A DNA stretch of 64,000 nucleotides from a bacterium (GCA_965200245.1 CBDATS010000004.1:896001-960000), one strand, 5' to 3'; positions 10,250 to 21,455 are shown, numbered from the stretch's first letter. Made by a program: numbers and translations. Notes: generated from the letters alone by a model not told the origin.

Positions 10250-11023
10250 ATGATGCTAAGCAACCTGACCTGGATGGAAGTGCGCGACTTGATTCCCGAG
10301 AACCCGGTCATCATCCAGCCCGTGGGCTCGACCGAGCAGCACGGCCCGCATCTGCCGCTTCAGGTGGACATATCGAGCGCGTTCGAAGTCGCGAAGGCCG
10401 TCGGCGACCGGACAGGCTGCCTCGTCGCCCCACCGCTTCCCTACGGCTATTCGGAGGTGTGGGAGAATTTCCCCGGCACCATCAGCTTCACGGCCGATAC
10501 CTTCATGACCTGCGTCGGCGAAATCACCGAAAGCCTTGTGCGAAACGGTTTCAGGAAAATTTTCTTCCTGAATGGCCACAACCCGAACCTGCCACTGCTG
10601 CAAACCATGATGTTCAGGCTCATGGATCGCTACGGGAGAAATGGAGACATCCTCATAGTAGCCGGGAGCTATTTCATGGTGGACAAGGAAACGTGTGACA
10701 AAATTGGCGACAATTTCCGCGAGGGCACCCACGCGAACGAGTTCGAGACGTCCTTCATGATGCATATCCGCCCGGGCATGGTGCACGTGGACAAGTTGGG
10801 AGACTGGGAATACAAACCCGAACTGGTGCTCTCCTATCAGCACGGAGTGACATCGGTCGTGCGTCTACCGGACAGCCGGGTTCACAACGGCGTATACGGG
10901 GATCCGCGCCGGGCTACACCGGAAAAGGGCCGCCAGTACTTCGAAGCCTGCGTGAACAAGGTGGTCGAGATTGTGGAGAACTTCAACCCGGATTACTTCG
11001 GGATACAGGAAGTCTATAAGTAG
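10250..11023 (+). CDS. Creatininase family amidohydrolase
   Basis: PVGSTEQHGPHLPL.VD, FPGTIS, NGH, HANEFETS, GVYGDP..AT.EKG. Confidence 0.9.
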   Translation: MMLSNLTWMEVRDLIPENPVIIQPVGSTEQHGPHLPLQVDISSAFEVAKAVGDRTGCLVAPPLPYGYSEVWENFPGTISFTADTFMTCVGEITESLVRNGFRKIFFLNGHNPNLPLLQTMMFRLMDRYGRNGDILIVAGSYFMVDKETCDKIGDNFREGTHANEFETSFMMHIRPGMVHVDKLGDWEYKPELVLSYQHGVTSVVRLPDSRVHNGVYGDPRRATPEKGRQYFEACVNKVVEIVENFNPDYFGIQEVYK

Positions 11024-11065
11024 ACTCAAGGTGAGTCGCAGCAGTCCGCATTACCCGTTGCGGGC

Positions 11066-12154
11066 TTAAATGGCGAGTCCGGAGTCTGCGTCGAAGAAAA
11101 AGAGATTGTCCTCGCGCATCACCACCCGGGCTTCGTCTCCCATGTCGACCCTGAGGGCGGAGGGTGTTCTCGCCATGATCGACACATCCTCGAAAGCGAG
11201 TTCTAGTACCTGATCCGCCCCGTAAGGTTCCAGGAGCAATACCTTGCTCAGGTAGCCGCCTCCGTTATCTTCGGAACCTTTCACGATGACGTCCTCGGGG
11301 CGAATACCCAAAATCACCTTGTCCCTGTTCTTTTCTTCCAGGCGCTTGCGTTGACCGGCAGGTGGTTCCACGGCGAAACTGCCGTAGCGGAAGCGAAGTC
11401 TTCCGTTTTCCCGTTCCAGTGAACCCGGGATGAGGTTCATCGGTGGCGTTCCCACGAACTGCGCCACAAAGGTGTTGGCAGGCTCGTGATAGACGGCGTA
11501 GGGAGAGGCATATTGCTGGAGCACGCCGTCTTTCAGGAGCGCTATCTCGTCCGCCATGTTCAGCGCCTCCACCTGATCATGGGTCACGTAGATCATGGTG
11601 GTTTTCAGGCGGCGGTGAAGCTTTTTGAGTTCCGCGCGCATTTCGACCCTGAGCGCGGCGTCCAGATTCGAGAGCGGTTCGTCCATAAGAAACGCCCAGG
11701 GCTCCCGGACAATCGCCCGGCCAAGCGCCACTCTCTGGCGCTGGCCACCGGAGAGTTCGCGAGGTCTGCGGGCCAGAAGATCCTCGATGTTCAGTGCCTC
11801 GGCCGCCCAGCGAACCTTTTCCTCGATTTCCGCCCTGGACATCTTCATCATTCGCAAGGGAAAAGCCAGATTGTCCCGCACACGGAGATGGGGGTAGAGG
11901 GCGTAGCTCTGAAATACCATGGCCATGTTGCGGCGATGTGCAGGAATGTGGCGCACATCCAGCCCGTCGATGAGAATCGCGCCCTCGGTAGGTTCCAGCA
12001 GGCCCGCGACCACATTCAGGATCGTGGTTTTCCCGCACCCGGAAGGACCCAGGAGAACGACAAACCTGCCGTCTTCGATTCCGAGATTCACGTTGTCTAC
12101 AGCTACCACCTCGCCGTAGTTTTTGGTCAGGTTCTCCAGTACGACTTTCGCCAT
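11066..12154 (-). CDS. Carbohydrate-type ABC transporter ATPase (MalK/UgpC family)
   Basis: GPSGCGKTT, VFQSYALYPH, LSGGQRQR, DEPLSNLD, TOBE-like tail. Confidence 0.95.
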   Translation of the reverse strand: MAKVVLENLTKNYGEVVAVDNVNLGIEDGRFVVLLGPSGCGKTTILNVVAGLLEPTEGAILIDGLDVRHIPAHRRNMAMVFQSYALYPHLRVRDNLAFPLRMMKMSRAEIEEKVRWAAEALNIEDLLARRPRELSGGQRQRVALGRAIVREPWAFLMDEPLSNLDAALRVEMRAELKKLHRRLKTTMIYVTHDQVEALNMADEIALLKDGVLQQYASPYAVYHEPANTFVAQFVGTPPMNLIPGSLERENGRLRFRYGSFAVEPPAGQRKRLEEKNRDKVILGIRPEDVIVKGSEDNGGGYLSKVLLLEPYGADQVLELAFEDVSIMARTPSALRVDMGDEARVVMREDNLFFFDADSGLAI

Positions 12155-12178
12155 TCTCGACTGCTCCTATGAAACCGG

Positions 12179-13117
12179 CTAACCCTTCACTGCTCCCGCC
12201 GTCAGGCCGCGCACGAAGTAGCGCTGGAATATGAGGGCCAGGGCGACGGGAATGACGACGCAGGCTACGCCCGCTGCATTCATCCGTGCGTAGCTCACAG
12301 AGAACTCCGAGACGAAATCGAGAAGCGTCACCGTAATCGGCCGGGTATTCATCGTCTGTGTCAGGACAAGCGGGAAGAGAAACTCGTTCCAGCTCGTGAG
12401 GAACACGAACACCCCGGCAGTGACGATGGCCGGCGCCGAAAGCGGCAGAATCACTCGCCAGAGAGTCTGGAAGCGATTGCAGCCGTCCACGCGCGCGGCG
12501 CTTTCGATCTCCTGGGGGACAGTCTCGAAATAGGCGACCAGTACGAAGATCGCAAGAGGCAGGGAAATCGGAATATAGGCCACGATGAGTCCCATGTAGG
12601 TATCAAGTATACCGAGCCCCCGGATCATCAGGTAGAACGGGACGATTAGAGACACTTCGGGCACGATTCTGGAAGCCAGTACGACGTAGAAAAGGGACTG
12701 CTTTCCCGCAAAGCGAAGTCGTGCGAAACCGTATGCCGCCAGACATCCCAATATGACGTTGATAATGGTGACGCTCAAGGCCACGACGAAGCTGTTCCAC
12801 ATCGAGGGCAACACATCTGCCGTTGGGAACGTGGAGTATCCGGCCATCTTCTTGTCGAACGCAACACTCGTGTCGGCGGGCTTTCTGAGGATGATCTCTT
12901 CATAGTTTCCGATGTTGAGTTGTGGTGGCACCCAATTGGGTGGAACCGACACCACGTCCTTTTCGAACTGGAGACTTGAATTGAGCATCCAGTAGAAAGG
13001 TGAAATCGCGTAGAAAAGCATGGCGGCGACGATCAGGTAGAGTGCAATTCGCCCCATGAAGGCGGCACGGCGGTATCTCTGCACTGCCTGAATGTCGGGA
13101 ACGCTCGGGGCAGCCAT
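12179..13117 (-). CDS. Carbohydrate ABC permease (MalG-type)
   Basis: IESAARVDG EAA loop, SWNEFLF; start corrected to ATG 13117 after GGAGG. Confidence 0.9.
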   Translation of the reverse strand: MAAPSVPDIQAVQRYRRAAFMGRIALYLIVAAMLFYAISPFYWMLNSSLQFEKDVVSVPPNWVPPQLNIGNYEEIILRKPADTSVAFDKKMAGYSTFPTADVLPSMWNSFVVALSVTIINVILGCLAAYGFARLRFAGKQSLFYVVLASRIVPEVSLIVPFYLMIRGLGILDTYMGLIVAYIPISLPLAIFVLVAYFETVPQEIESAARVDGCNRFQTLWRVILPLSAPAIVTAGVFVFLTSWNEFLFPLVLTQTMNTRPITVTLLDFVSEFSVSYARMNAAGVACVVIPVALALIFQRYFVRGLTAGAVKG

Positions 13118-13119
13118 GC

Positions 13120-14127
13120 TCAACCCTCCTGCGGCCTGTAGAGAATCTTGATGTAGCCGATCGCCAGGATGAAGGTGGCGATGGCGATAACGTAGGAAAT
13201 CGCCGCGCCAGAACCGAATTGCAGGTTCCGGAATGTCTCCACGTATGTGTACCAGGAGACGAGCGCTGTCGCGTCGCCGGGACCTCCCTCCGTCAGGATG
13301 TAGACCAGGTCGAAGGTCTTGATGGATATGATCGAGGTGTATACCAGAACGAGCAGGAAAGCCAGCTTGAGCGCAGGCAGGGTGATGTGCCAGAACCGCC
13401 TCGAAGCACCCGCCTGATCGATCTTGGCCGCGCTGTAAAGGTCCTCGGGAATGGCCTGGAGCGCCGTCAGGAACAATACGGTCGCCAGGGGCACTTCCTT
13501 CCACACGAAAGCGTTCACCAGGGTGTAGAGCGCGCGGTTGGGGTTGCTGAGCCACGTCTGGTACTTGTCGATAATGCCAAGGGAAACCAGAAGCCCGTTC
13601 AGCACCCCGTAGTCGGAGTGGTAGATCCATTCCCAGATCAAGCCGTTTGCCACGTAGGGTACCGCCCAGGGCACGAGGATGAGCGGCACCGCCCACTTTC
13701 GGACTCCTGGTCCCAGTTCATTGAGTGCCAGGGAGAAGATGAGGCCGAGTATGGCCACGGCGACCACCGACACCACGACAAAGATGATCGTATTCACGAG
13801 CGCGTTGTAGAAATCCTCGCTCTCCAGGAACATGACATAATTCTCGAAACCAACGAAGGGGTTTCTGTGAGGTCTCTTCAGGTTATAGACGTGGACGCTG
13901 ACGTAGAACGAATGCAGGATGGGATAGATGTTGAGCAATACCATGAGCAACAGCGCAGGTCCCACGAAAAACGCCGCTATCCCGCCTTCTGTTTGCATGC
14001 GACGGACGAACCAGCCTTTGAGGCCCGTTGCTACGGCGGGTTCTGCTCTGTCGACGGACAGGATATTCGCCAAGGAAAGTCTCCTTCCCGCCTCCCCCGG
14101 CAGCACATCGCCGGGGGAGGCGACCAC
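13120..14127 (-). CDS. Carbohydrate ABC permease (MalF-type)
   Basis: FVGFENY, ALQAIPEDLYSAAKID, FDLVYILTEGGPG; start uncertain. Confidence 0.9.
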   Translation of the reverse strand: MVASPGDVLPGEAGRRLSLANILSVDRAEPAVATGLKGWFVRRMQTEGGIAAFFVGPALLLMVLLNIYPILHSFYVSVHVYNLKRPHRNPFVGFENYVMFLESEDFYNALVNTIIFVVVSVVAVAILGLIFSLALNELGPGVRKWAVPLILVPWAVPYVANGLIWEWIYHSDYGVLNGLLVSLGIIDKYQTWLSNPNRALYTLVNAFVWKEVPLATVLFLTALQAIPEDLYSAAKIDQAGASRRFWHITLPALKLAFLLVLVYTSIISIKTFDLVYILTEGGPGDATALVSWYTYVETFRNLQFGSGAAISYVIAIATFILAIGYIKILYRPQEG

Positions 14128-14133
14128 CTGTAA

Positions 14134-15471
14134 TTAACCGTAGCGCTTCTTCAGCCTGTTCCACTGCTTGGTCAGGGTCTTGAGCGTACCAACGATGTCG
14201 GCCTGGCCCAGGATCGCCTTGTGAACACGCGGGCGCATGAACTGATCCCACTCCGCGTACCAGACAGCCTTTTGTCCGTCCTTGGGTTTGCTGAGCGCCA
14301 TCTGGCTCTCGAAGAGCTTCGCCTCGCCCCACTTGTTCGCGGCCGAGATGATGTCGGGATCCTTGAACAGCGGTGCGTGGCCGAAGCCCAGACCGAACTC
14401 GGTGAACCACTTCTTCGCCGTGCGGTAGGTGCCCGATTTATCCTTGCCGCCCAGGAAGTCGACCATCTTCCAGGACATCGCCTTGCGCGCGGGGTCTTTC
14501 GCGGCCTAGGCAGTCATGCTGTAGGCCCTCGTCCAGCCGCACACGTTGGGTTTCGAGTTGTTCGCGGTTGGGATGAGGGCCATCTTGATCTTGCCGGCCA
14601 CTTTCGAGGATTTGGGCTCGTTCGCCGCTCGAAGACGGTAGTTCGGCAGGATGGCGAAGCTGCCCGTGCCACTGCTGAAAGCCTTGAGCGCGGCGACCTC
14701 GTTGAGTTCCAGGAAGCCCGGCTGCGTGATCTTGTGCTTTTTGGCAGCGTCGATGATCCACTGTATGGTCTGCGCCGCGGGGGAGCCTTCCTTGTCGTAA
14801 TTCATGACGTTGTATTTCTCGTCGACGAACCTTCCTCCCCGGCTGTACATCATGGTGAAGAGCATCTCGCCCATCCAGAAGTCGGCCTTCAGGAACTGAA
14901 GGAAGGGATACTCCTGAATTCCCTTGCTCTTGATTTGGAGGCTTTGCTGAACCACTTCGTCCCAGGTCTTCGGAGGTGCGCCGATGCCCGCTTTCTCCAG
15001 GTGTTCCTCGTTGTAAAGGAACGCCATATGGCCCACGTAGTAGGGCAAACCGTAGAGTTTGCCATTGTAAGTGAGCGCGTCTGCGGTCGGACCGATAAAC
15101 TCCTTGCGGTATTCGTCTACGCGCGGAAATTCATCGATGGGATACAGCCAGCCCGCTTCGACAAACTCGGCGAGATGGCCGTCGATCATGTAGATGACAT
15201 CCAGAGGCGTTTTGCCGGTGAACTTGACCACCAGCGTATCGTGGTACTTGCTGCCCGGCGTGTTGCCATAGTTGATCTTGACCTTGGCGAGCTTCTCGAA
15301 TTCGGTGATACACTGCTTCACGAAGCTAATGCCGTAGGTCCAACTGTAGAAATTGAGCGTTTTCACCATCGCCGCCGAGGGCGTCGCCCGCGAGACGGGC
15401 AAGGCCAAGGCAGCCGTTCCAAGTGCGGCATTGCGAAGGAGTTTCCGACGACTCAGTCCGATTTCTTTCAT
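14134..15471 (-). pseudogene. TAT-exported ABC substrate-binding protein interrupted by a single in-frame TAG (14506-14508)
   Basis: SRRKLLR twin-arginine leader, GKLYGLPYY, PPKTWDE; ORFs 14506..15591 and 14134..14478 are in the same frame and read AYSMTA*AAKDPARKAMSWKMVDFL. Confidence 0.8.
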
Positions 15472-15815
15472 GCTCAACCCTCCATCGTCACCCAGGAGAA
15501 CTTTGCTCCCCCATGGCATGGGCGACTGCCATCGGGGCAGAACCAGGCCACAATACAGCCGAGAAACCCTGCACCGGGCCTCTCGACTCACTCGGATTCA
15601 GACGAAGAGACAGGATACGTTTCTAACGACAGGAGGCGAAGCGGGACACCAAAGCCCTAGAGGCAACGATACCACCGGTTCGCGTTTCCCACTCTCCGGC
15701 GTTCGAAAAATCCTCAATCAACTTCTATAAATTCAAAAAGTATACGAAAAACGCTAGCAGGATTTCCCCGCACTGTCAATTGGAACACAACGTCAGGGTA
15801 CGTCGAGCACACCGC

Positions 15816-16208
15816 CTAGCTGCGCGAGACGAGTTCGATGCTGATGTCGTCCGGCCCTCTGATGAAGGCGATTTTCGTGCCCGGGCCGATCTCCCATGGA
15901 GCACAAATGAAGTCAGCACCCTTCGCGCGCAGGTCGCTCTCGGCCTTGTCCATGTCGTCGACGATGAGGCCGAAATGGTCCAGTCCGTAGCGCGGGTCGC
16001 TCGTCGTGCGCACGGGATTTTCACCCTCCGCCCGGCCCGAGACGAGAAAGCACATGCCATTCAAATCGAAGCTGAAAATCGGAGAACCACCCAGGTCCCC
16101 CTCGTCCACCACCTTCGCGCCGAACATCTCCTCCCAGAAATTTCTCGTGGCGTGAGGGTCTTCACTTCGAAAGTGCAAATGATCGTATCCGTAGGTGGGC
16201 ATGGACAT
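15816..16208 (-). CDS. VOC/glyoxalase family protein
   Basis: YDHLHFRSEDP, GLDHFGLIV, KIAFIRGPDDISIEL; GGAGG RBS. Confidence 0.85.
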   Translation of the reverse strand: MSMPTYGYDHLHFRSEDPHATRNFWEEMFGAKVVDEGDLGGSPIFSFDLNGMCFLVSGRAEGENPVRTTSDPRYGLDHFGLIVDDMDKAESDLRAKGADFICAPWEIGPGTKIAFIRGPDDISIELVSRS

Positions 16209-16392
16209 CTTTTCCCCTCCAGAAAGGTGAACCGAAAACGAGGGCGTCCCCATCCTCTCATCTGTCCGGCCACAAATGCGCGGGTATCCTGTAAATTATA
16301 GAGGCGTCACCAGAGGAATTGTCAAGAAGGGCAATTTTCAGACGGGGTAAATCAGGAGATCAAGGTATGGCACGAATGACATACCACTCTCC

Positions 16393-18619
16393 TCAACTCT
16401 CACACCTCACGTATATTGGACTCGACCAGGCCTGTCCCCCGTCGACTTGCAGGACGCACACCCAGTAGGGGTTGACGACTTCCGAAGAGGTGTCTTCGTC
16501 CGTGAACTGAAAGCGCGCGCTCCAGTCCCTGAGCGTCGACGCGACTTCGGATACCAGAACGCGGATGTTCACGCCGCCCGCTTCGATGATAGTTGGCTCC
16601 GCCGTTATCTCGCCGAGGGACAGTGAGAAACTCTTCACGTCGCTGAAAAAGGAAAGGCGTGCGTCCAGGGGGGGCGTCCAGGTCGATGAGTACGCCGTCG
16701 GGGTCGCCCGAGGTGGCTGTGACGAAGCGCAGCAGCTTGTTCGATACGCGGGTTACGACATCGTCGTACTGATCGAGTGCGTAGGGCGTGTGCGAAAGCA
16801 TGGCACCCTTGTCGAGCGCGATGCCGCCGCGCCATTCGACTTTCTTGTCGCGACCGCTTTTCTGTGTCACCCCACTCCACTGCACGCGGATTCGCCGCGT
16901 GCGACCGCCCTCGGTCGGCACACTCACCGGATGGCGGTGAATGGTCTGTGCCCCGCGTCTGAGTTCCACATCAAGCAAAGGCGCGGTACCGTGGACTTCC
17001 ACCCGAATCGCGGGCGGGCCTTGCACCTTGACCTCCTCCCCCATGAGAGCCTTGCCGCAGGAGGTTTTGAGATAGATGCGCTCTCCGTTCGTGGCGTAGG
17101 TCCTGCGTGAGCGCATCGCCTCCCAGACGGCTTCGCTCGTGAGTTCTTTGGCATACAGACCCATAAGGCCGCCCTTCACGTCGAAGGTGACGACGTTGTT
17201 CGAGCGTCGGTTGGGATAGACCAGCCCCTGGCGGCCCGTGTGGTCGTCGCTGCCACCGATGAAACCTACACAGAAGCCACGCGCGAGCACTTCCTCGGCG
17301 AACCATTCGAAGGTGCCGTGGTGCGAGTGGATTTCCGCCAGGTGAACGAATTCCGCGTCGAAGAAATCGAGGTTGCAGGCGCGGCCACCCACATGGGCGA
17401 CACTCATCACGTCCTTCCGGCCACGGAAGGTCTCCCAAAGGGCCGAGATGGGAAACCTGTCGTCCTTCACGTCTGAAAGGTCGTCTATCCCTGCATGAGA
17501 GCTTCTGTGGATGGTTCCTTCATCGCCTGCGTAGTAAATGTTGTAATCGCCTCCACCTGAGCGCGTGCCCGACCATTCGTAGCCCAGGAGGGTGACGAAG
17601 CGGCCCGGTTCGTTGAACGCCTTGCACCCGCGCACGACCTCCGCCCAGTCTTCCTTGCGGACGCGGAAATCGTTGCCCTGCCACGCGGCAATGTCCACGC
17701 CGGCCTTATCGCGTGCGAAGCGGAAATACTCCTCCACCGTGCCCGTGCCGACCGTGGAGCGCGTCTGTCCGTGAATGTCCCCCCAGAAGAGGGAGTAAGG
17801 ATCATCCGGTGTCCTCGGCAGAATCGGTGGGCTCAGGGAAACCAGCCCTGTCGGGTCTTCGAGCCGCATGCGATACGGCCCCTCGCCCGTCAGCCTCGCG
17901 CCGCCCAGGCGCTTGACACCGCCATCGCTGGCAGAAAACCCTACCTTGCCCGGGACCTGATTCCCCTCGCGCCAGTTCCTGAGACTTTTTTTGATCGACG
18001 CTTCCCCGATAAATTCGTCCGCCGGGTTTCCCCAGCTATCCACGCCACGCACGATGGTGGAGAATTCCTCGTCCTGAACGGGCGTCTGGGAACATACAAG
18101 ATGCCAGGTTTCGGGTGCACCGCCCACAACGCGGATTTCGGGATCCCTCTCAAGCTCATAGAAATGTTTGCGGTTAAAGGTATCCACAACGATCTTGAAT
18201 GTGTGGCGCGCTTCGGGGAACGTCTGCGCCCGGATTCCCGGCCCGCCACAGCTGGTGTCGCCAAGCACGAGCACGACCTCATCGCCTTCACAGAGATAGC
18301 CCTGCGCAATACGGATGGCGACGCCCGAGCGCCAATCGTCGAGATAGCCCTGTTCCTGATAGCTGAGAGTCAGGCCCACATCCTCGTTCGAGCACGTAAC
18401 GCTCACGTAGCCAGACGCCGCGGGGTCTTCGAACTGGGGTATCTCCATGTCGCTGGATAAACGTTTGCACACGAGTATCTGCGCACCCTCATCCACCCCG
18501 TAAGTGCCCGCCGTGAAGATTACCTTCCGCGTGAAAAACGCTCCCGCCACAATGGGGTCTTCGGGCTCCACGCGGGCCGTGCCGACATCGAAACGGTAGT
18601 GGTCTAATCGCTTGTCCAC
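16393..18619 (-). pseudogene. DUF3604/PHP-like metallohydrolase with a one-base frameshift at a C7 run (~16668-16674)
   Basis: FWGDIHGQT, GYEWSG, EIHSHHGTFEW, GGSDDHTGR, RRTYATNGER; family C-terminus (YWVCVLQVDGGQAWSSPIYV) lies in the 16393..16638 frame. Confidence 0.8.
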
Positions 18620-18677
18620 CAGGACGGTTCCTTACGATTCGTGTCATTCAAGGGCAAACGCCCCCGCCATTCGCTTT

Positions 18678-19433
18678 CTAACCCGCGTAGGAGCGGGCCT
18701 CGTCCACGAAGCGGGAAAAGAGTTGCGCCGCACCGTCCGCGTCGGCGTAGCCATAGGCCGACATGGATTCCGGATGCCACTGCACGCCCACGACGAACTG
18801 ATACGAGGGACACTCGACAGCTTCGATAATTCCGTCTTCGGTCCTGGCCGAAACACGCACGCCCGGTCCCACATCGCGTGCGCTCTGGTGGTGATGGCTG
18901 TTCACGACCGAGGAATCACCCATAATCTCGTTCAGGATGGACTCGCCTATGTCTATCTCGTGGAAGGTGTAGGTGCTCTCATCCGTATTCTCGGGACGGT
19001 GTGTAAGCGATTCCGGTACCTGGGAGGGGATGTCCTGATACAGCGTGCCGCCCGCCACGATGTTGACGACCTGCATGCCGCCGCAGATGCCGAGCACGGG
19101 CATATCGCGCGATACCGCCCCCCGGCAGGCGGCCATCTCCGCCGTCTCGCGCCTGGGATTCGTGGGACTGCACTCGGGCAACCGTTCCTCACCGTAGAGC
19201 ATCGGGTCGATGTCGTGCCCGCCACCCGAGATGATGAGGCCATCGATGCTGAGGAGCAGGGACAGGACCGCCTGCTCGTCATCCACCGCAGGGAGCAGCA
19301 GAGGCGCACCGCCCGCCTTGACCACGGACTCCACGTAGGCATCCATGAGCACGTGGCGGGGACGCACTTGGGGTTCTTCGGGGAAATTCCGCCTGCCGAC
19401 ATCGCAGGTGATTCCGATTTTCGGCCGCTTCAT
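18678..19433 (-). CDS. Peptidase C26 / gamma-glutamyl-gamma-aminobutyrate hydrolase family
   Basis: LGICGGMQ nucleophile, VNSHHHQ, GVQWHPE. Confidence 0.9.
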   Translation of the reverse strand: MKRPKIGITCDVGRRNFPEEPQVRPRHVLMDAYVESVVKAGGAPLLLPAVDDEQAVLSLLLSIDGLIISGGGHDIDPMLYGEERLPECSPTNPRRETAEMAACRGAVSRDMPVLGICGGMQVVNIVAGGTLYQDIPSQVPESLTHRPENTDESTYTFHEIDIGESILNEIMGDSSVVNSHHHQSARDVGPGVRVSARTEDGIIEAVECPSYQFVVGVQWHPESMSAYGYADADGAAQLFSRFVDEARSYAG

Positions 19434-19648
19434 TCGCCGTCGCCTTCCTTGGAAAAAAATAAAATGTGACAGGAACCCGATCAAAAATGTTCGTATTTAC
19501 TGGACTGTAAACTCATATCACCACATTTCGCGCGAAACGAAAACCGCGCGCGCCCATCAGGCCGAAAACGAGCGCCTCGGCCCGGTGGCGAAAGGGTGGA
19601 TTCCGACGCTGACACCCTCTATATTTCAAAACAGGAGGTCGAGTAAAC

Positions 19649-19957
19649 GTGTTTCGCCTTTACTTCACACGGCTGGTTTTGCCCATCCTCTTCGTGGCGG
19701 GGATGGTGGCGATTCCCTTCGTCTGGCTACCCGACATCGCTCCGCCGGAGAAACCTCCCGCAGCAGGTGAGAAAGCGCCTGGCGCGGAAGAGGAAAAAAC
19801 CCGTCGTGCCACACCGTTTCAGAAGGCGATGACGATAGGGTTCGCGCTCATCCTGGTGTCGGTGACGGCGGGCGGCGTGATGCTCTACGGCATCACCCGG
19901 TCCCAAACGGCGAGCTGGCGGCGGCGTTTCGCGCCTCCCAGGCGTAAAGAGCGTTGA
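19649..19957 (+). CDS. Small two-TM hypothetical membrane protein
   Basis: AGGAGG RBS, GTG start, two hydrophobic stretches separated by a P/E/K-rich linker. Confidence 0.55.
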   Translation: MFRLYFTRLVLPILFVAGMVAIPFVWLPDIAPPEKPPAAGEKAPGAEEEKTRRATPFQKAMTIGFALILVSVTAGGVMLYGITRSQTASWRRRFAPPRRKER

Positions 19958-19972
19958 GAGCAATTCAGAAAA

Positions 19973-20004
19973 CCGCAGGGAACAGGTCGCGACCGTCTCC
20001 GCAG
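19973..20004. repeat. REP-like element between convergent genes
   Basis: CCGCAGGGAACAGGTCGCGACCGTCTCCGCAG; core ACAGGTCGCGACC identical to positions 1-13. Confidence 0.5.
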
Positions 20005-20009
20005 AAAAC

Positions 20010-21236
20010 TCACTTCCCCTGTTTCCATATCCCAAGCGACGCGCCGCTCAGTACAGACGCTCCCGCAGCGTAGGCCAGGCACATGAGGGCGATGCTCTCC
20101 ACGCTGACTCGATAGTCTATCATCCAGCCAAATACAACGGGAGAGAGCGCCGTCGAAACCACCATGAACGAGGTGGCGAGCGAGCGGATGGCACCCAGGT
20201 TCTCCACCCCGTAGATCTCCGCCCAGATCGCCCCGCCGATGGTGATGCGCATGCCGACGGTGATCCCCGTCAGGCACAAATAAACGATGGCGGCGGACCA
20301 GTGGTCGAAACCCGCAAGCGCCAGAAGCCCGACGCACATGGGCGCCAGATGCCAGGGGAGGATTTTGACCGCGCCGACCCGATCGATCAGGGGCCCGGTG
20401 AGCAGCGTCAATGAAATCGAGGCAACCGTGTAGAGCGTATACATGCCCGTGAAGAAGGCGAGGCTCCACCCCTTGGCTTCCACCAGATGCGCCATGTGGA
20501 AGAAAAAGCCGGTGACGATGAACGAGGGGGCCAGAGAAACAGGCATGATGAGATAAAACCGCAGATCCTTGAGCACATCCTTCCTTCCCCATACCCCATG
20601 GGATACGGAGGCGGAAATCGATTCCGCCATGCGCGTCTTTTGGGCCAGATGCTCGTCTTCGTGTTCCGCAAGCAGCCACACGACGGCGGGAATCAGGATA
20701 ACGGCGGAGAAGGCCGCCATCACGAGCCAGACCTGCCGCCAGTGAAGCCACGCGGCCAGGGCGACCGCCACGAGCGCCATGACGGCCTGACCCGACGGCC
20801 CGCCCATCGAGATGATACTCACGGCGCGGCCCCGCTCGGCGGTAAAATGCCGCCCGATGCTCGTGACCGCCGTGTGCACCATCAGCCCCTGGCCGGTCAG
20901 GCGCAGGGCGAACAGAGCGAAGAGTAGTGCCCAGAAAAGGGGTGCCGCCGCCAACAAGACGCAGGAGGCGATTAAACCCGAGCAGACGAACAGGGCGAAA
21001 GTCTTGAGCCTGGTCCTGTCGATCAGGCGGCCCGCCCATATCAGGCACATGGCACTCGATACGGTGGCGGCACCGTATGCGAGGCCAAACTCCCCGTGCG
21101 AGAGCGAGAATGCGCTCCGGATATCCTTGTTGAACACGGCGATGAAATAAGACTGTCCGAAACACGAAAAGAACGTGAGCAAGAGGCCGAATGCCAGGAA
21201 GCGGCGGTTTTTCCACCCGAAGGAAAGATATTCCAA
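20010..21236 (-). CDS. MFS transporter
   Basis: FFSCFGQSYFIAVF, GRLIDR motif A, ~12 hydrophobic segments. Confidence 0.9.
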   Translation of the reverse strand: MEYLSFGWKNRRFLAFGLLLTFFSCFGQSYFIAVFNKDIRSAFSLSHGEFGLAYGAATVSSAMCLIWAGRLIDRTRLKTFALFVCSGLIASCVLLAAAPLFWALLFALFALRLTGQGLMVHTAVTSIGRHFTAERGRAVSIISMGGPSGQAVMALVAVALAAWLHWRQVWLVMAAFSAVILIPAVVWLLAEHEDEHLAQKTRMAESISASVSHGVWGRKDVLKDLRFYLIMPVSLAPSFIVTGFFFHMAHLVEAKGWSLAFFTGMYTLYTVASISLTLLTGPLIDRVGAVKILPWHLAPMCVGLLALAGFDHWSAAIVYLCLTGITVGMRITIGGAIWAEIYGVENLGAIRSLATSFMVVSTALSPVVFGWMIDYRVSVESIALMCLAYAAGASVLSGASLGIWKQGK

Positions 21237-21350
21237 TGGCGACCTTCACGAGCAGGGTGCGGGGAAATGTCGATCCGAATTAAGTATAGCATGGGATTGG
21301 GGACATATACGCCTCGTGCGAACCAGCACCAAAACGACGACCACGGAGAT

Positions 21351-21455
21351 CCGCAGGGGCGGTTCGCGAACCGCTCCTGCGGAAACCCATGTGAATGAAG
21401 CAAATCTGTAGCGGGGCGGCCCATTGCGGCCGCCCTCTGCCGGACAGGCACGGGT
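21351..21455. repeat. Two REP-like palindromes
   Basis: CCGCAGGGGCGGTTCGCGAACCGCTCCTGCGG (near-perfect hairpin) and GTAGCGGGGCGGCCCATTGCGGCCGCCC. Confidence 0.6.

Noticed and set aside
14221-15660. 479-aa + strand ORF (likewise 4602..6206, 26103..27230, 29371..30507, 54675..55772)
   Set aside because: Antisense to well-supported genes
15472-15780. Long leader upstream of the SBP as a riboswitch
   Set aside because: No recognisable Rfam consensus by eye
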